A stretch of DNA of 63,985 nucleotides, counting the filler, from Octopus bimaculoides (taxonomy: Eukaryota): assembly GCF_001194135.2 (NCBI RefSeq). It is 5 parts of 5 records of this genome, joined end to end, with 100 filler letters (N's around TTAATTAATTAA, not from the genome) between each part and the next. Parts side by side here need not be neighbours in the genome. Positions count along the whole stretch, not along the records: positions 49,105 to 61,812 come from NC_068993.1; positions 61,913 to 63,985 come from NW_026353005.1; 3 more parts are not named here. One strand, written 5' to 3'. Below, in pieces: positions 53,519 through 63,985 of the stretch. The notes under the pieces were generated by a model that did no database searches, was not told where the DNA came from, and saw only the letters and a list, made by a program, of their open reading frames with translations. The number at the start of each line of letters is the position of its first letter. Within the stretch, counting starts at the first letter, position 1. A program made the position numbers and the translations under genes.

Positions 53519-55292
53519 ATATTAAATATTCACATTATAATAATAATTAAATAATAATTAGAATGTATGACTTTAGATTTAAATAAACTTTTATGATTAT
53601 AAGGTTGTCTATTTACTTCTGCCATGTCTCAATATATATATATATATATACACACACACATACATGATCTATGTGTCTATGCACAGATATAGGCATGCAC
53701 ACAAACGCACATACGTATATATATAATTTCTCTCTCTCTCATACATATATATATATATATTCTTTTACTCGTTTCAGCCATGTGGCTGCGGTCATGCTAG
53801 ACCACCGCCGTATGTACGTGTAGATACGTCTGTCCATGTATGAGTATCATGTGTATATTATGCATATTCGTGTATGACATGCTGTCTGCTACAAAGGGAG
53901 ACAAACAGAGTAAGAAATGCGAAGCAAACTAGAAAAGCACAGTCTGAGGTAGAAAAACCATCGGAGACCAAAAGTGTTGAGCTAAGTAAAGGGGAGAGAA
54001 AGAAATAAAGAAAAAGGGGTGGGAATAGAAAATGAAAGAGAAGTAGTGAGGGTACTGCTGGTGTTTCTATGTACAGAAATGAATAGGGAGATTGGGAGAT
54101 AGGGAGATTGTTGTCGGTACGTTGGTGATGATGCGGCGACGGTGTTGATGCTGGTGGCAACGGTCGTGGTCGTCATTGTGATATTGGTTGTTATTGATAT
54201 CGATAATACAGCATATCGTTTGACATTTAATAATAATGAATGGAAAGTAGCTGTCCTGTTTTATGTGCATACACACTCCTCACACACACATATATGCATA
54301 TACATATATACATATATGTATATATATATATATATATACATAAGTCACATATCTTTATGCATGTGTGTATGCGTATGTATATATATGTATGTATACACAC
54401 ATGTATATATATATAGATGTGTATGTACGGATGTATACGCACATATATGTGTATACACATATATATGTATAGATGTATATATAAGTGTGTGTGTGTGTAT
54501 CTGAGAAAGACAATGATTGTGTTGTGTGTATAAGCCTGCATGTATATGCGCACGTATATATGTCTAACTGTGTATGTACGCACGTACGTATGTAAGACAG
54601 CGAATTGGCAGCAGAATCTTTAGAGAAGAGAATAAAATATTTGGCCACCATATTTGCGCTGCCTCTGAACACTTTAGACTTGTATCTTCCTGAGGTCAAC
54701 TTAATCTCTCACTCATTTCAGGTCAGTATAAGAATAGCAGCAACCCCGGGAATTGGACTGGGTGAAATGTTAAAGCATTAGACGCCATGTCTTGCGGAAC
54801 CCATAGCGATTCTTAGGATTCCAACCAGAACGCCTTAAATGACGCAGATAACATTCGGTATCGAAATCGCATTTTCCTTTTCTATCAGAAACACAGAGAA
54901 GTGAATGGCTCATGTATACGTAGGCAACTACTTGTCGTCCTCAAAAATCATTGTCCAGGCTCTACTGCTCGGAGTATAACTTTTGGAATACAAAAACCCC
55001 TGACCAGCTCTGCTTGAAAGAGGCTTTAAAGATATGTGTGTATGTGTTTGTTTGTCGGTGCGACGACGATCTTCTAGCCGTACTTAAGGATGGCTTATAA
55101 CTTGCTCGGTGACTCTGTCTAGTGTGAAGAAGAGTTGCGCACCGTCAGCCTCCCTTTCTTGTCCATCTATAATAATCCAGTGACAAGACCAGGCCAAGAG
55201 GATTGGGGACAGTGACGGATGCAGTGGATCACCAAGGTGTCTTACTTGCCTCATCTTGAACTCTGCAATCCACAATGCTTTGCTGCAATCGC

Positions 55293-55477
55293 TTTGTTTC
55301 ATTTGACTGCGGCCATGGTGGAGCACCGCCTTTAGTCGGACAAATCGACCCCAAGACTTATTCTTTGTAAACCTTGTACTTATTCTATCGTTGTCTTATG
55401 CCGAACCGCTAGGTTACGTAAACACACCAGCATCGGATGTTAAGCGATGGTGGAGGGACAGACACAGACATAAAACA

Positions 55478-55527
<50 letters not shown>

Positions 55528-55618
55528 TACATACATATACGACGGGATTCTTTCAGTTTCCGTTTGACAAATCCACTCACAAGGCTTTGGTCGGCCCGCG
55601 GCTATAGTAGAAGACACA
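55293..55618 (-). mobile_element. SINE family B, head-truncated, in the presumed POU4 intron
   Basis: Tail, central microsatellite and body match the 63083 copy. Confidence 0.85.
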
Positions 55619-55869
55619 TGCATACAATACATACATGTATGTATATATGAGTGCGTTTTGTTGGTGTGTGAGTATATATGCAGATATATATATGCATGTA
55701 TGTATAAACAAATACATAAACGCAAACAAACGCCCACTCATACACATTAAAATGTATTTAGGTATCTATAGATGTGTGTGTGTCTATGTGTGCTTGTGTG
55801 TGTGTGTCAATGTTATATATTTATATTTATATTTATATACAAACACATACAAATATATTCACTAAAAGC

Positions 55870-55877
55870 ACCATCAC

Positions 55878-55911
<34 letters not shown>

Positions 55912-56420
55912 TACATAATGACTGGCAAAAGAAATTTGAATATATATATAAATATCAGCGCGATTTTCTTTACAATCTTCCCTATCACTTTCTCTCCTAC
56001 CTACACAACGACCTTTACCATCACCATCATCATCACCATCATCAATCTGAACTACAAACCACCCAACAACAATACAAACGTTAGCAATACCATGATCATC
56101 ACCCTCATCATAATCATCATTAATATCATCAGCATCGTCATATCATTAGCATCATCACGACCACCACTATCATAATCATCATTACTATCACTACCACCAT
56201 CATCATCGTCATCATTATCATCACCATCCTCATCATGACAGTTCTTTTTCTTTTTTATTTTCATCGATGAAACGAAGAGTGAAATTATCACTGCAACAGC
56301 CACCATCGCCGTCGCCGCCACCACCACCGCGCACAACACTACCAATAACAACACCATCACCGCGACCACACCTCGTCCATCAACACAGACACCATCGCGA
56401 TAACCACCGCCATCATCACC
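55870..56420. repeat. Degenerate (CAT)/(CAC) array
   Basis: Read directly. Confidence 0.85.
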
Positions 56421-56734
56421 ACGAACTGCTATGAGGGAGACAGCGTTTCGTTTGTGAATACCAAAGCAACATGTTCTGCCGGCATGTTAGAGGCATATAA
56501 TATCTGTGTGGCTCATAATGCTCTGTTGTGTCTGCGGCTGTTTCCCGATGCGCACATGTCAATCTGCGAATGGCTATGAATGCGTATATTTACGTTCGAT
56601 GCGTGAATATGTAGATGGCGCTTATGTATGTTTAGCACGAGTATGCAACCGTGTATGAATTAAATAGTGCGTGTATCGATATATATTTATATGTGCGTGT
56701 GTGTATACATACACACACACATATATATATATAT

Positions 56735-56773
<39 letters not shown>

Positions 56774-57076
56774 NNNNNNNNNNNNNNNNNNNNNNNNNNN
56801 NNNNNNNNNNNNNNNNNNNNNNNNNNNNNNNNNNNNNNNNNNNNNNNNNNNNNNNNNNNNNNNNNNNNNNNNNNNNNNNNNNNNNNNNNNNNNNNNNNNN
56901 NNNNNNNNNNNNNNNNNNNNNNNNNNNNNNNNNNNNNNNNNNNNNNNNNNNNNNNNNNNNNNNNNNNNNNNNNNNNNNNNNNNNNNNNNNNNNNNNNNNN
57001 NNNNNNNNNNNNNNNNNNNNNNNNNNNNNNNNNNNNNNNNNNNNNNNNNNNNNNNNNNNNNNNNNNNNNNNNNNNN

Positions 57077-57120
<44 letters not shown>

Positions 57121-57369
57121 ATGTGTGCGTTTGTATATATGCGTAAATGTATGTATAAACACTCATAATTATGAAGACATATTCGTTCGCGACTGCTGGC
57201 GCGTGTATACATGAACACAAAAACCGCGTCTATAAGCGTGGGTCTGCTGGTGTTTGTGAAATTAGGAATGTCGGTCTGTTCAGAGGGCGACCAATACGCA
57301 GCAGGGGATCGAACGTGGGACGGTCGGTGTCGAAATGGAATAGTTTCAGATGAAACGAAATTGTTTTTC

Positions 57370-57532
57370 GTGACGACAATGACGACGTAGACGACGATGA
57401 TGATATTGATGATAATGAGGAGGACGATGATGGTAGTTGATGGTTTTTGGAAAAAGATGGTGTTGCGGTGACGTTTTTTTGGTAGTGTTGGCACTGGTAG
57501 CCAAACTGGTGGCAGTGACGACGATGGCTTTT

Positions 57533-57574
<42 letters not shown>

Positions 57575-58090
57575 TCGGTGGTGGTGGTGGTATGGTGTTG
57601 TCGGCGTTGAAGGAGATAATGATGGCGAAGTTCGATAACAAGACAACAGTGTAAATGCCTGATAATGGTTCTAAACACGGTAGGGAGCGATTTTTAATGA
57701 TGGATAGTGTTAATGTTCTGTTGTCAATGTTGGTCTAGATAATGATGCTGATGATGGAAGATGATGACAAGGACCATAATGACGACGACGGCGGCAGTGG
57801 TGGCGGTGGTCGTCGTCGTCGTCGTCGTGTTATTGGTCGATATCGTCGGCGACGTCGTCGTTTTGGTGGTGTCGGTGGTGGTCGTAGTAGTGATGATGAT
57901 GATGGTGATGATGACGTTGCTAAAATTTATGGCAACGTCGACAGTATATCAATGAGAGATAATAACAATGACATCAAACGTAGTGACCACCACAAAAAGC
58001 AATGCAAGCCTAGAAGTAGAGACACTGGAAACCGCAACAACAAAAATATCAGCCACAACATATTCCACAACACGAATAACAACAACAATA
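57370..58090. repeat. Degenerate (GAT)/(GGT)/(GTA)/(GTC)/(CAA) array
   Basis: Read directly. Confidence 0.85.
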
Positions 58091-58145
58091 ACATCAAGAA
58101 GAAGAGTTACTTGGAAAATTTAAATAAAACTCATAAACAATTTCA

Positions 58146-58460
58146 GTCTCACTACGTGGCACCTTGAGCAAGTGTTTTCTACTATTGCCTCGAGCCTACC
58201 AAAGCCTTATCAGTGGATTTGGTAGATGGAAAATGAAAGTTTATTAAATTAATAATCACATATATATTCTTTTATTGGTTTCAGTCATTTGACTGCAGCC
58301 ATGCTGGAGCACCGCCTTTAGTCGAGCAAATCGACCCCGGGACTTATTCTTTGTTAGCCTAGTTCTTATTCTATCGGTCTCTCTTGCCGAACCGCTAAGT
58401 GACGGGGACGTAAACGCACCAGCATCGGTTGTCAAGCAATGTTGGGGGTACAAACACAGA
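58146..58460. mobile_element. Two opposed SINE family B fragments (5' half on + at 58146-58240; 3' half on - at 58270-58460)
   Basis: Sequence similarity to the corresponding halves of the 63083 copy. Confidence 0.8.
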
Positions 58461-58949
58461 CTCTCTCTCTCTCTCTCTCTCNNNNNNNNNNNNNNNNNNN
58501 NNNNNNNNNNNNNNNNNNNNNNNNNNNNNNNNNNNNNNNNNNNNNNNNNNNNNNNNNNNNNNNNNNNNNNNNNNNNNNNNNNNNNNNNNNNNNNNNNNNN
58601 NNNNNNNNTATATATATATATATATATATATCAATCAATCAATCAATCTATCTCTTTCTCTCTCCCACTCCCGCTAAATCAACTGTGCGAAGGAACCAAA
58701 AGCGCGTTCACATCGCTCGCAGCCGGTCAAATTCTTCACCACCTCTTTGGTAATACGACATAGAAGCAGTGAAAAAAACCGACAGAGAAATAAGGAAATT
58801 TTGCTTGCTTGTATGTCTACAATGTAGGTTTACACAGACGTCCTTGCTTCCAACAACAACAAAATCTCTGACATTGTGCCTATATGATGTAAGGATATAT
58901 TCATACGCCGATTATACATGCTCAAGCAGCAGAACGATTCAGCTGAGGA

Positions 58950-59201
58950 AAACATGTCACAGTCTGTGACAAAGCTGGCCCTTTTGAAATACAGGTACAA
59001 CAGAAAGAGGAAGAAAGAGTGAGAGAAAGTTGTGGTGAAAGATTACAGCAGGGTTCGCCACCACCTCCTGCCGGAACCTCGTGCAGCTTTAGGTGTTTTC
59101 GCTTAATAAACACTCACAACACAACACCCGCTCTGGGACTTCAAAACCGCAATCCTACGACCGCGAGTCCGCAGCCCTAACCACTGGGCCATTGTGTCTC
59201 C
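58950..59201 (-). mobile_element. SINE family A, 3'-truncated
   Basis: Reverse complement of the family A head and body. Confidence 0.85.
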
Positions 59202-60229
59202 ACAACTGTTTGTTACTTTTTTAAGATACGTAACGATGCATTTGATCTAATACGTTAATTCCTTCTTTAAACTGGAAAGGAGTAATTTGAAGGAATGGCT
59301 GTATAGAGACTCCCTCGTGAATGGAAGGTGTGTTTAATAAACTCACCCTCATGTCTCATTTAAAACTTTTATAACATTTGGTTCTTCGCATTTAATAGCA
59401 ATAGTTACTACAATAACGATGTTGTTTCGGCAGAATGAGGGGCAATGTGTAGGCGATTTAATCAATTACAGGATAGTATTGGGACAAATCTTATGGCACC
59501 CAGAAAAATTGGCGTCAGACTTGGCCTAAATCTGGATATGAATATTAGGATTTACAGGGATGTATCTAAATACTGAAATCTTTTATTTTTTCAGGGTTGA
59601 TAAAATTTAGTAAAAGTAAAATGGATTGGCAGAAATATAGTAGCATTTGGACAAAATGTTTAGTTGCATTTAATCCGACTTTTTACTTTTTGTACTGAAA
59701 TCCCGCAGAGGCTAACTTTGGTTTTTAAGTTTAGGTTGTCGATAAATTTAGGCAACAATCTCAGGTTTATGGATTTGCATAATGGTAAGCGCTTCGGAGG
59801 AAATGCCTGGCGCAGTTTAATGGGGGAATTTTCATTTTGAGATTCGAAACAGATGTGACAAACTTCCCTTTTTCAAACCGATGTCACAGTGTCTGACAGA
59901 ACAATACCTGAAGGCATGCGAAATACAACCACCTTTGTATTTTCCCAAGATAATTCCATAAAAAACGCATATAGCGTCCATCAAAGAATTCAGCAGAGAT
60001 CGTTTGTCGATTTGAGGGTTTTTGGTACTAAGGAAAGAAATATATACCACAGGGTATAATTACATTTGCCTTACTGATAGTCCACAAAATTTTATATATT
60101 TGTTATTTTTTTCTTATTGATAAGTGTTCAGATATAACTAATGAGCGATATTCACCGCGTAATAAATACTAACGAAAGCTAATTCATTCTGCTGCGGCTC
60201 ACCGCTCTCTCTTTCACTCTGCTTTCTTC

Positions 60230-60470
60230 GGGGTTTAATCAATCGATCGATTGCTCCTTTTGTCTACACATCAAATCAATATTTAGATTACGCTAAAAAA
60301 AAAATAGATATATGCAATCAAAAACAAAACATTTGTTAGCAAATATGTTTTAACGAGTGTTTGGTGGTTGCATGAGGGCTAGAGGGAGGAGGAAGAGGAG
60401 ATCAGTCATAAATGTCAAACTATTCCACCGATCAATGCAGCGCGTTTTAGAAAAGATGTAATCAATGGCT
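60230..60470. promoter_or_regulatory. Candidate POU4 cis-regulatory module (ATCAAT/ATCGAT cluster)
   Basis: ATCAAT at 60238, 60275, 60431, 60461; overlapping ATCGAT at 60242 and 60246; CATAAATGTCA at 60407-60417. Confidence 0.35.
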
Positions 60471-60659
60471 TACGATGATCATTGTTTTTGGTATTTCAAC
60501 ATTTTTTTTTTCAGTCGTTTTGTGTAGAATTTTGCAAGTTATATTCAACAAAATGTGCGTGTGTGCTTATCTAGGATATTATAATGTGTATATATACGTA
60601 TGTGCGAGTGTGTGTACATATAAGTATATATACACGTCTCACATTTATGTGCTTACTTC

Positions 60660-60696
<37 letters not shown>

Positions 60697-60809
60697 TCAT
60701 ACATACGTGAATTCAAACTATTGCTAATCGAAATTAAAATAAGTTCATGAATGAGAAGCAGTAAAATAACAACAACAACGACAACAACAGCAATAGCAAC
60801 AGAGATAAT

Positions 60810-61010
60810 CCGCATAGGCACGAGGCCAGAAATTTGATGAGAAGGGGAAGGCGATTAGCTCGACTCCAGTAATTGGGTGGTGCATTTTTTTTATCGACCC
60901 CAGGGAAGAATGAAATATAAATTTGATCTTGATGTCATTTGAACTGAGGACAGGAGAGACCGTAAGTAAATAGCTTTGCGGGGTCTTAATCTTGGCTGTC
61001 TACACTCTCT
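60810..61010 (-). mobile_element. SINE family C, diverged
   Basis: gcacgaggccagaaattt..tttatcgaccccagggaagaatgaaa..tttgaactgag. Confidence 0.7.
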
Positions 61011-61635
61011 GCTATTTCAATGCCCTTACTGGTAACCCCCCTATAACGAGCCAAAAAGGGAACCTCCATGTATCAGCCAGCATGCTAGAAATACCAGCTA
61101 AATTCGTATTGATATCAAACCTCCACAAGGAAGAACGAAGACGAAGCTTGATGTGAAGCTATGAATCGCTTGATATAACGAGATTTTCATGGAGATTAAT
61201 TACACAGGCCCTGCCTAATTTGACCTCGTCTCCGATTAAACAACCAGAGCGCCATACATTGTCCTAAAAATTGTAATACGTGTGATAACAGGAGGAGGGG
61301 TTACAATAAAATGCGTATCAATATATACATAATACGTATTTTACTCACACCAGAAATATAACAAGTTGAGTGAAAAACATAAAAAGAAGTAATTTAAAAG
61401 TGTTTTTTTCTCTTTTTTATTTCTTTTTTGTGTGAGGGAGATTTCCGGTGGTGAACTCATTCTGTGTTATGGCGACTTAATTACAGAGTTCTTTCGTTGT
61501 GTCCTTCATATGGCACAACAACAATATTAACTGAAATGAATTATTTTAATAACGACCCTCATATATTCCAATCGAAGAGGAATAAACGTCTCCATTTCAC
61601 TTGAGAAGTGGGTGTGTGTGTGTGTGTGTGCGTGT

Positions 61636-61709
<74 letters not shown>

Positions 61710-62096
61710 GTATATGTTTAGGTAATTATGCACACCTATACACATATAAACTTGTGTGTCTGCGTGGAGGGAAAATATACATACCTTTACTATGTATATA
61801 ATTATATGTGCANNNNNNNNNNNNNNNNNNNNNNNNNNNNNNNNNNNNNNNNNNNNTTAATTAATTAANNNNNNNNNNNNNNNNNNNNNNNNNNNNNNNN
61901 NNNNNNNNNNNNTATTATTATTATTATTATTATTATTATTGTTTTATCTGAATAAATTGCTTGGATTTCATTATCAGTCTAAATGTTTCTGATGATTGTG
62001 GCCAGATTGTTATCATGTATCATGTTTGATATATGTTTATAAAACTGATTATCCATTGAAGTGTTGGCATATTACTCAGTGAACATCGCTGCCAGC

Positions 62097-62327
62097 TTCA
62101 CCCTTTTCGTATTACACCTCCTGTGACCACTCCTCATTCAATCATACAAAATTCCCGTTTTAAAGTGATCTAAATTAAAAACCTTCCATCAAAATCTCAT
62201 GTTAATTTATATTCCAAACACCAGCTTAATAATGACAATGTTACTTCCCAAAATTCTTAATTATTTTCAAAATCAATTGAAACAAAGCCTGCATATTTCA
62301 AGAGAAATATGGTAACAAAAGGGTTAA
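62097..62327. mobile_element. Related TTAA/CCCT-terminated MITE
   Basis: ttca|cccttttcgt..gtaacaaaaggg|ttaa; internal similarity to segments at 44555-44715 and 46451-47035. Confidence 0.7.
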
Positions 62328-62399
62328 TGATGTCTATGCTAAACTGCTTCCTTCTGTTGATTGTGCTGCATTTGCTTGATCTTAGTTTTTTTTTTAAAT

Positions 62400-62800
62400 A
62401 TTATAGTTTCATTTTTGCAATTATTTGTGACGGGGCATTGGTACTGCACATCTAAATAGAGATTTTCTGTTTCTGCTTTTAGCCCAGAGCATTTGAACTT
62501 CTGTTGTCTTTAACTCTGGCTTCTTTCTGTCAATCAAGCCTTGCAGGATATTGGCCATGGAGTGTTTTTTTATATTTTATTTTCAGTTTCTCTTTAGTAT
62601 ATTTTGGAATTACTACCATGATTAGTTTTGAAATAACCTCACAATTTACACAACTGCATCCAGTAATATAACACCACCCACGTAGCATATATGCTTTCTT
62701 AACCCCCACACGACAGTTTTCTGAAAGCATCAACTTCATCACCAGATTTTCCTCTATGTGTCTGATGTGAATTATCCTGTATGGTCTTTTAAATCTGTAG
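62400..62800 (-). mobile_element. Degraded non-LTR retrotransposon fragment (R2/R4-like, clade uncertain)
   Basis: KTLHGQYP followed, after a frameshift, by SGLKAETENL..Q.Q..T.N, matching the HGQY..GLK.ETEG..AAQDQ..T.N motif of RLE-type LINEs as I recall it. Confidence 0.6.
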
Positions 62801-62958
62801 GACTGCATCTAGATGATTCTGTTACTTTTCCTTATTGTAGGCTTAACCCTTTCATTACCAACCCGGCTGAAACTGGCCCTGGCTCTGAGTACAAATGTCT
62901 TGTTTTCATAAGTTTTAAATTGAAATCTTCTCCCAAACCTTAGTCACAATTTATGTTA

Positions 62959-63051
62959 CTAGCTTAATGATAACTTAATGATAACTAGCTTAATGATAAC
63001 TTAATGATAACTAGCTTAATGATAACTTAATGATAACTAGCTTAATGATAA
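62959..63051. repeat. Tandem repeat, 26-bp unit ctagcttaatgataacttaatgataa, ~3.6 copies
   Basis: Read directly; unit = ctag + 2 x cttaatgataa. Confidence 0.95.
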
Positions 63052-63082
63052 CTAAGTTATTTTACTAAATTCTTTGTTATAG

Positions 63083-63471
63083 TCTTTTACTCTTTTACTT
63101 GTTTCAGTCATTTGACTGTGGCCATGCTGGAGCACCGCCTTTAGTCGAGCAAATCGACCCCAGGACTTATTCTTTGTAAGCCTAGTACTTATTCTATCAG
63201 TCTCTTTTGCCAAACCGCTAAGTGACGGGGACGTAAACACACCAACATTGGTTGTCAAGCGATGTTGGGAGACAGACACAGACACACACACACATAAATA
63301 TATATACATATATACGACGAGCTTCTTTCAGTTTCCATCTACCAAATCCACTCACAAGGCTTTGGTCGGCCTGAGGCTATAGTAGAAGACACTTGCCCAA
63401 GGTGCCACACAGTGGGACTGAACCTGGAACCATGTGGTTGGTAAGCAAGCTACTTACCACACAGCCACTCC
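63083..63471 (-). mobile_element. tRNA-derived SINE, family B (CORE-like ccttgggcaagt segment, internal microsatellite), full length
   Basis: Head ggagtggctgtgtggtaag..ggttcagtcc, then ccttgggcaagtgtc, a central (TA)/(TG) tract, and a tail ending gactgaaacaagtaaaagagtaaaaga. Confidence 0.9.
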
Positions 63472-63679
63472 TATTAAGGTAATTAAAAGAAACACAGAGC
63501 ATCTCAAAATAAATACAGTAACAAAAGGATTAATGTTTGTTGTTTCTGAAGTTATTTTAGATATTATTTATTTGTTGTATAGAATAAGTGCAATGTGAAA
63601 TGTGTTAGTCCAAGGACAGGGACTGTGTTGTGTAGATTGTATTATAATATCAGTTGCTTGAAGCATATTTGAACCCATA

Positions 63680-63985
63680 ATAATCATAATCATCATCATT
63701 ATCATCATCATTATCATCATCATCATAATCATCATCCTCATTGTCATCACCACCATCATTGTCATCGTCATCGTCAATGTCATCGTTATCATCACTGTCA
63801 TCAATGTCATCATCATCAACACAATCATCACCATTACCAGCCTCACCTTCACCATCATCGTCATCTTTATCATCATCATCATCATCATCATCATCATAAT
63901 CATCATCGTTGTCATCACCATTACCACCACTGCTGCCACCACCACCATCATCACCACCACCATCACCACCACCACCACCACCACC
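63680..63985. repeat. Degenerate (CAT)/(CAC) array
   Basis: Read directly. Confidence 0.9.

Larger units (their letters stand above)
62843..63533. mobile_element. TTAA-flanked MITE (piggyBac-like termini) interrupted by a SINE and carrying a 26-bp tandem repeat
   Basis: ttaa|ccctttcattac at the left and gtaacaaaagga|ttaa at the right. Confidence 0.75.
52240..63985 (-). other. Presumed POU4 intron / upstream region (upstream coding exon not identified)
   Basis: Acceptor at 52240 and no in-frame ATG before the conserved ARAEALAAVD motif. No MSMNSKQ or RRAC(L/M)P-like sequence found by eye on the minus strand up to the window end. Confidence 0.6.

Noticed and set aside
62959-63051. 26-bp direct repeats as a CRISPR-like array
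   Set aside because: Units are contiguous with no unique spacers, in a eukaryotic context with no cas genes.

Overview
Eukaryotic, AT-rich genomic DNA with many microsatellites and about 20 N-gaps, most of them bordered by microsatellite arrays. The SINE families and repeat landscape are consistent with an octopod (Octopus-type) draft assembly; the organism is inferred. The one confidently identified gene is a class IV POU homeobox gene (POU4 / Brn3 / unc-86 / acj6 orthologue) on the minus strand. Its 900-nt terminal coding exon (51340-52239) starts at the conserved phase-0 SNIFGG splice junction, and no canonical upstream coding exon is visible in the readable sequence. The rest is mostly transposon debris: a Tc1 copy with DD36E-type spacing, an internally deleted maT/DD37D copy, a Tc1 C-terminal fragment, three LINE fragments, at least four tRNA-derived SINE families, and TTAA-flanked MITEs. 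Best leads: (1) a 100%-identical 140-bp inverted duplication of an otherwise diverged SINE; (2) a ~305-nt rod-like inverted repeat with hammerhead-ribozyme core boxes at its apex; (3) a compact CRE / X-box / CRE / TATA promoter with no recognisable gene; (4) candidate unannotated exons up- and downstream of POU4; (5) a SINE whose internal microsatellite appears to act as a landing pad for other elements. All exon and promoter calls other than the POU4 exon are inferences from motifs only.
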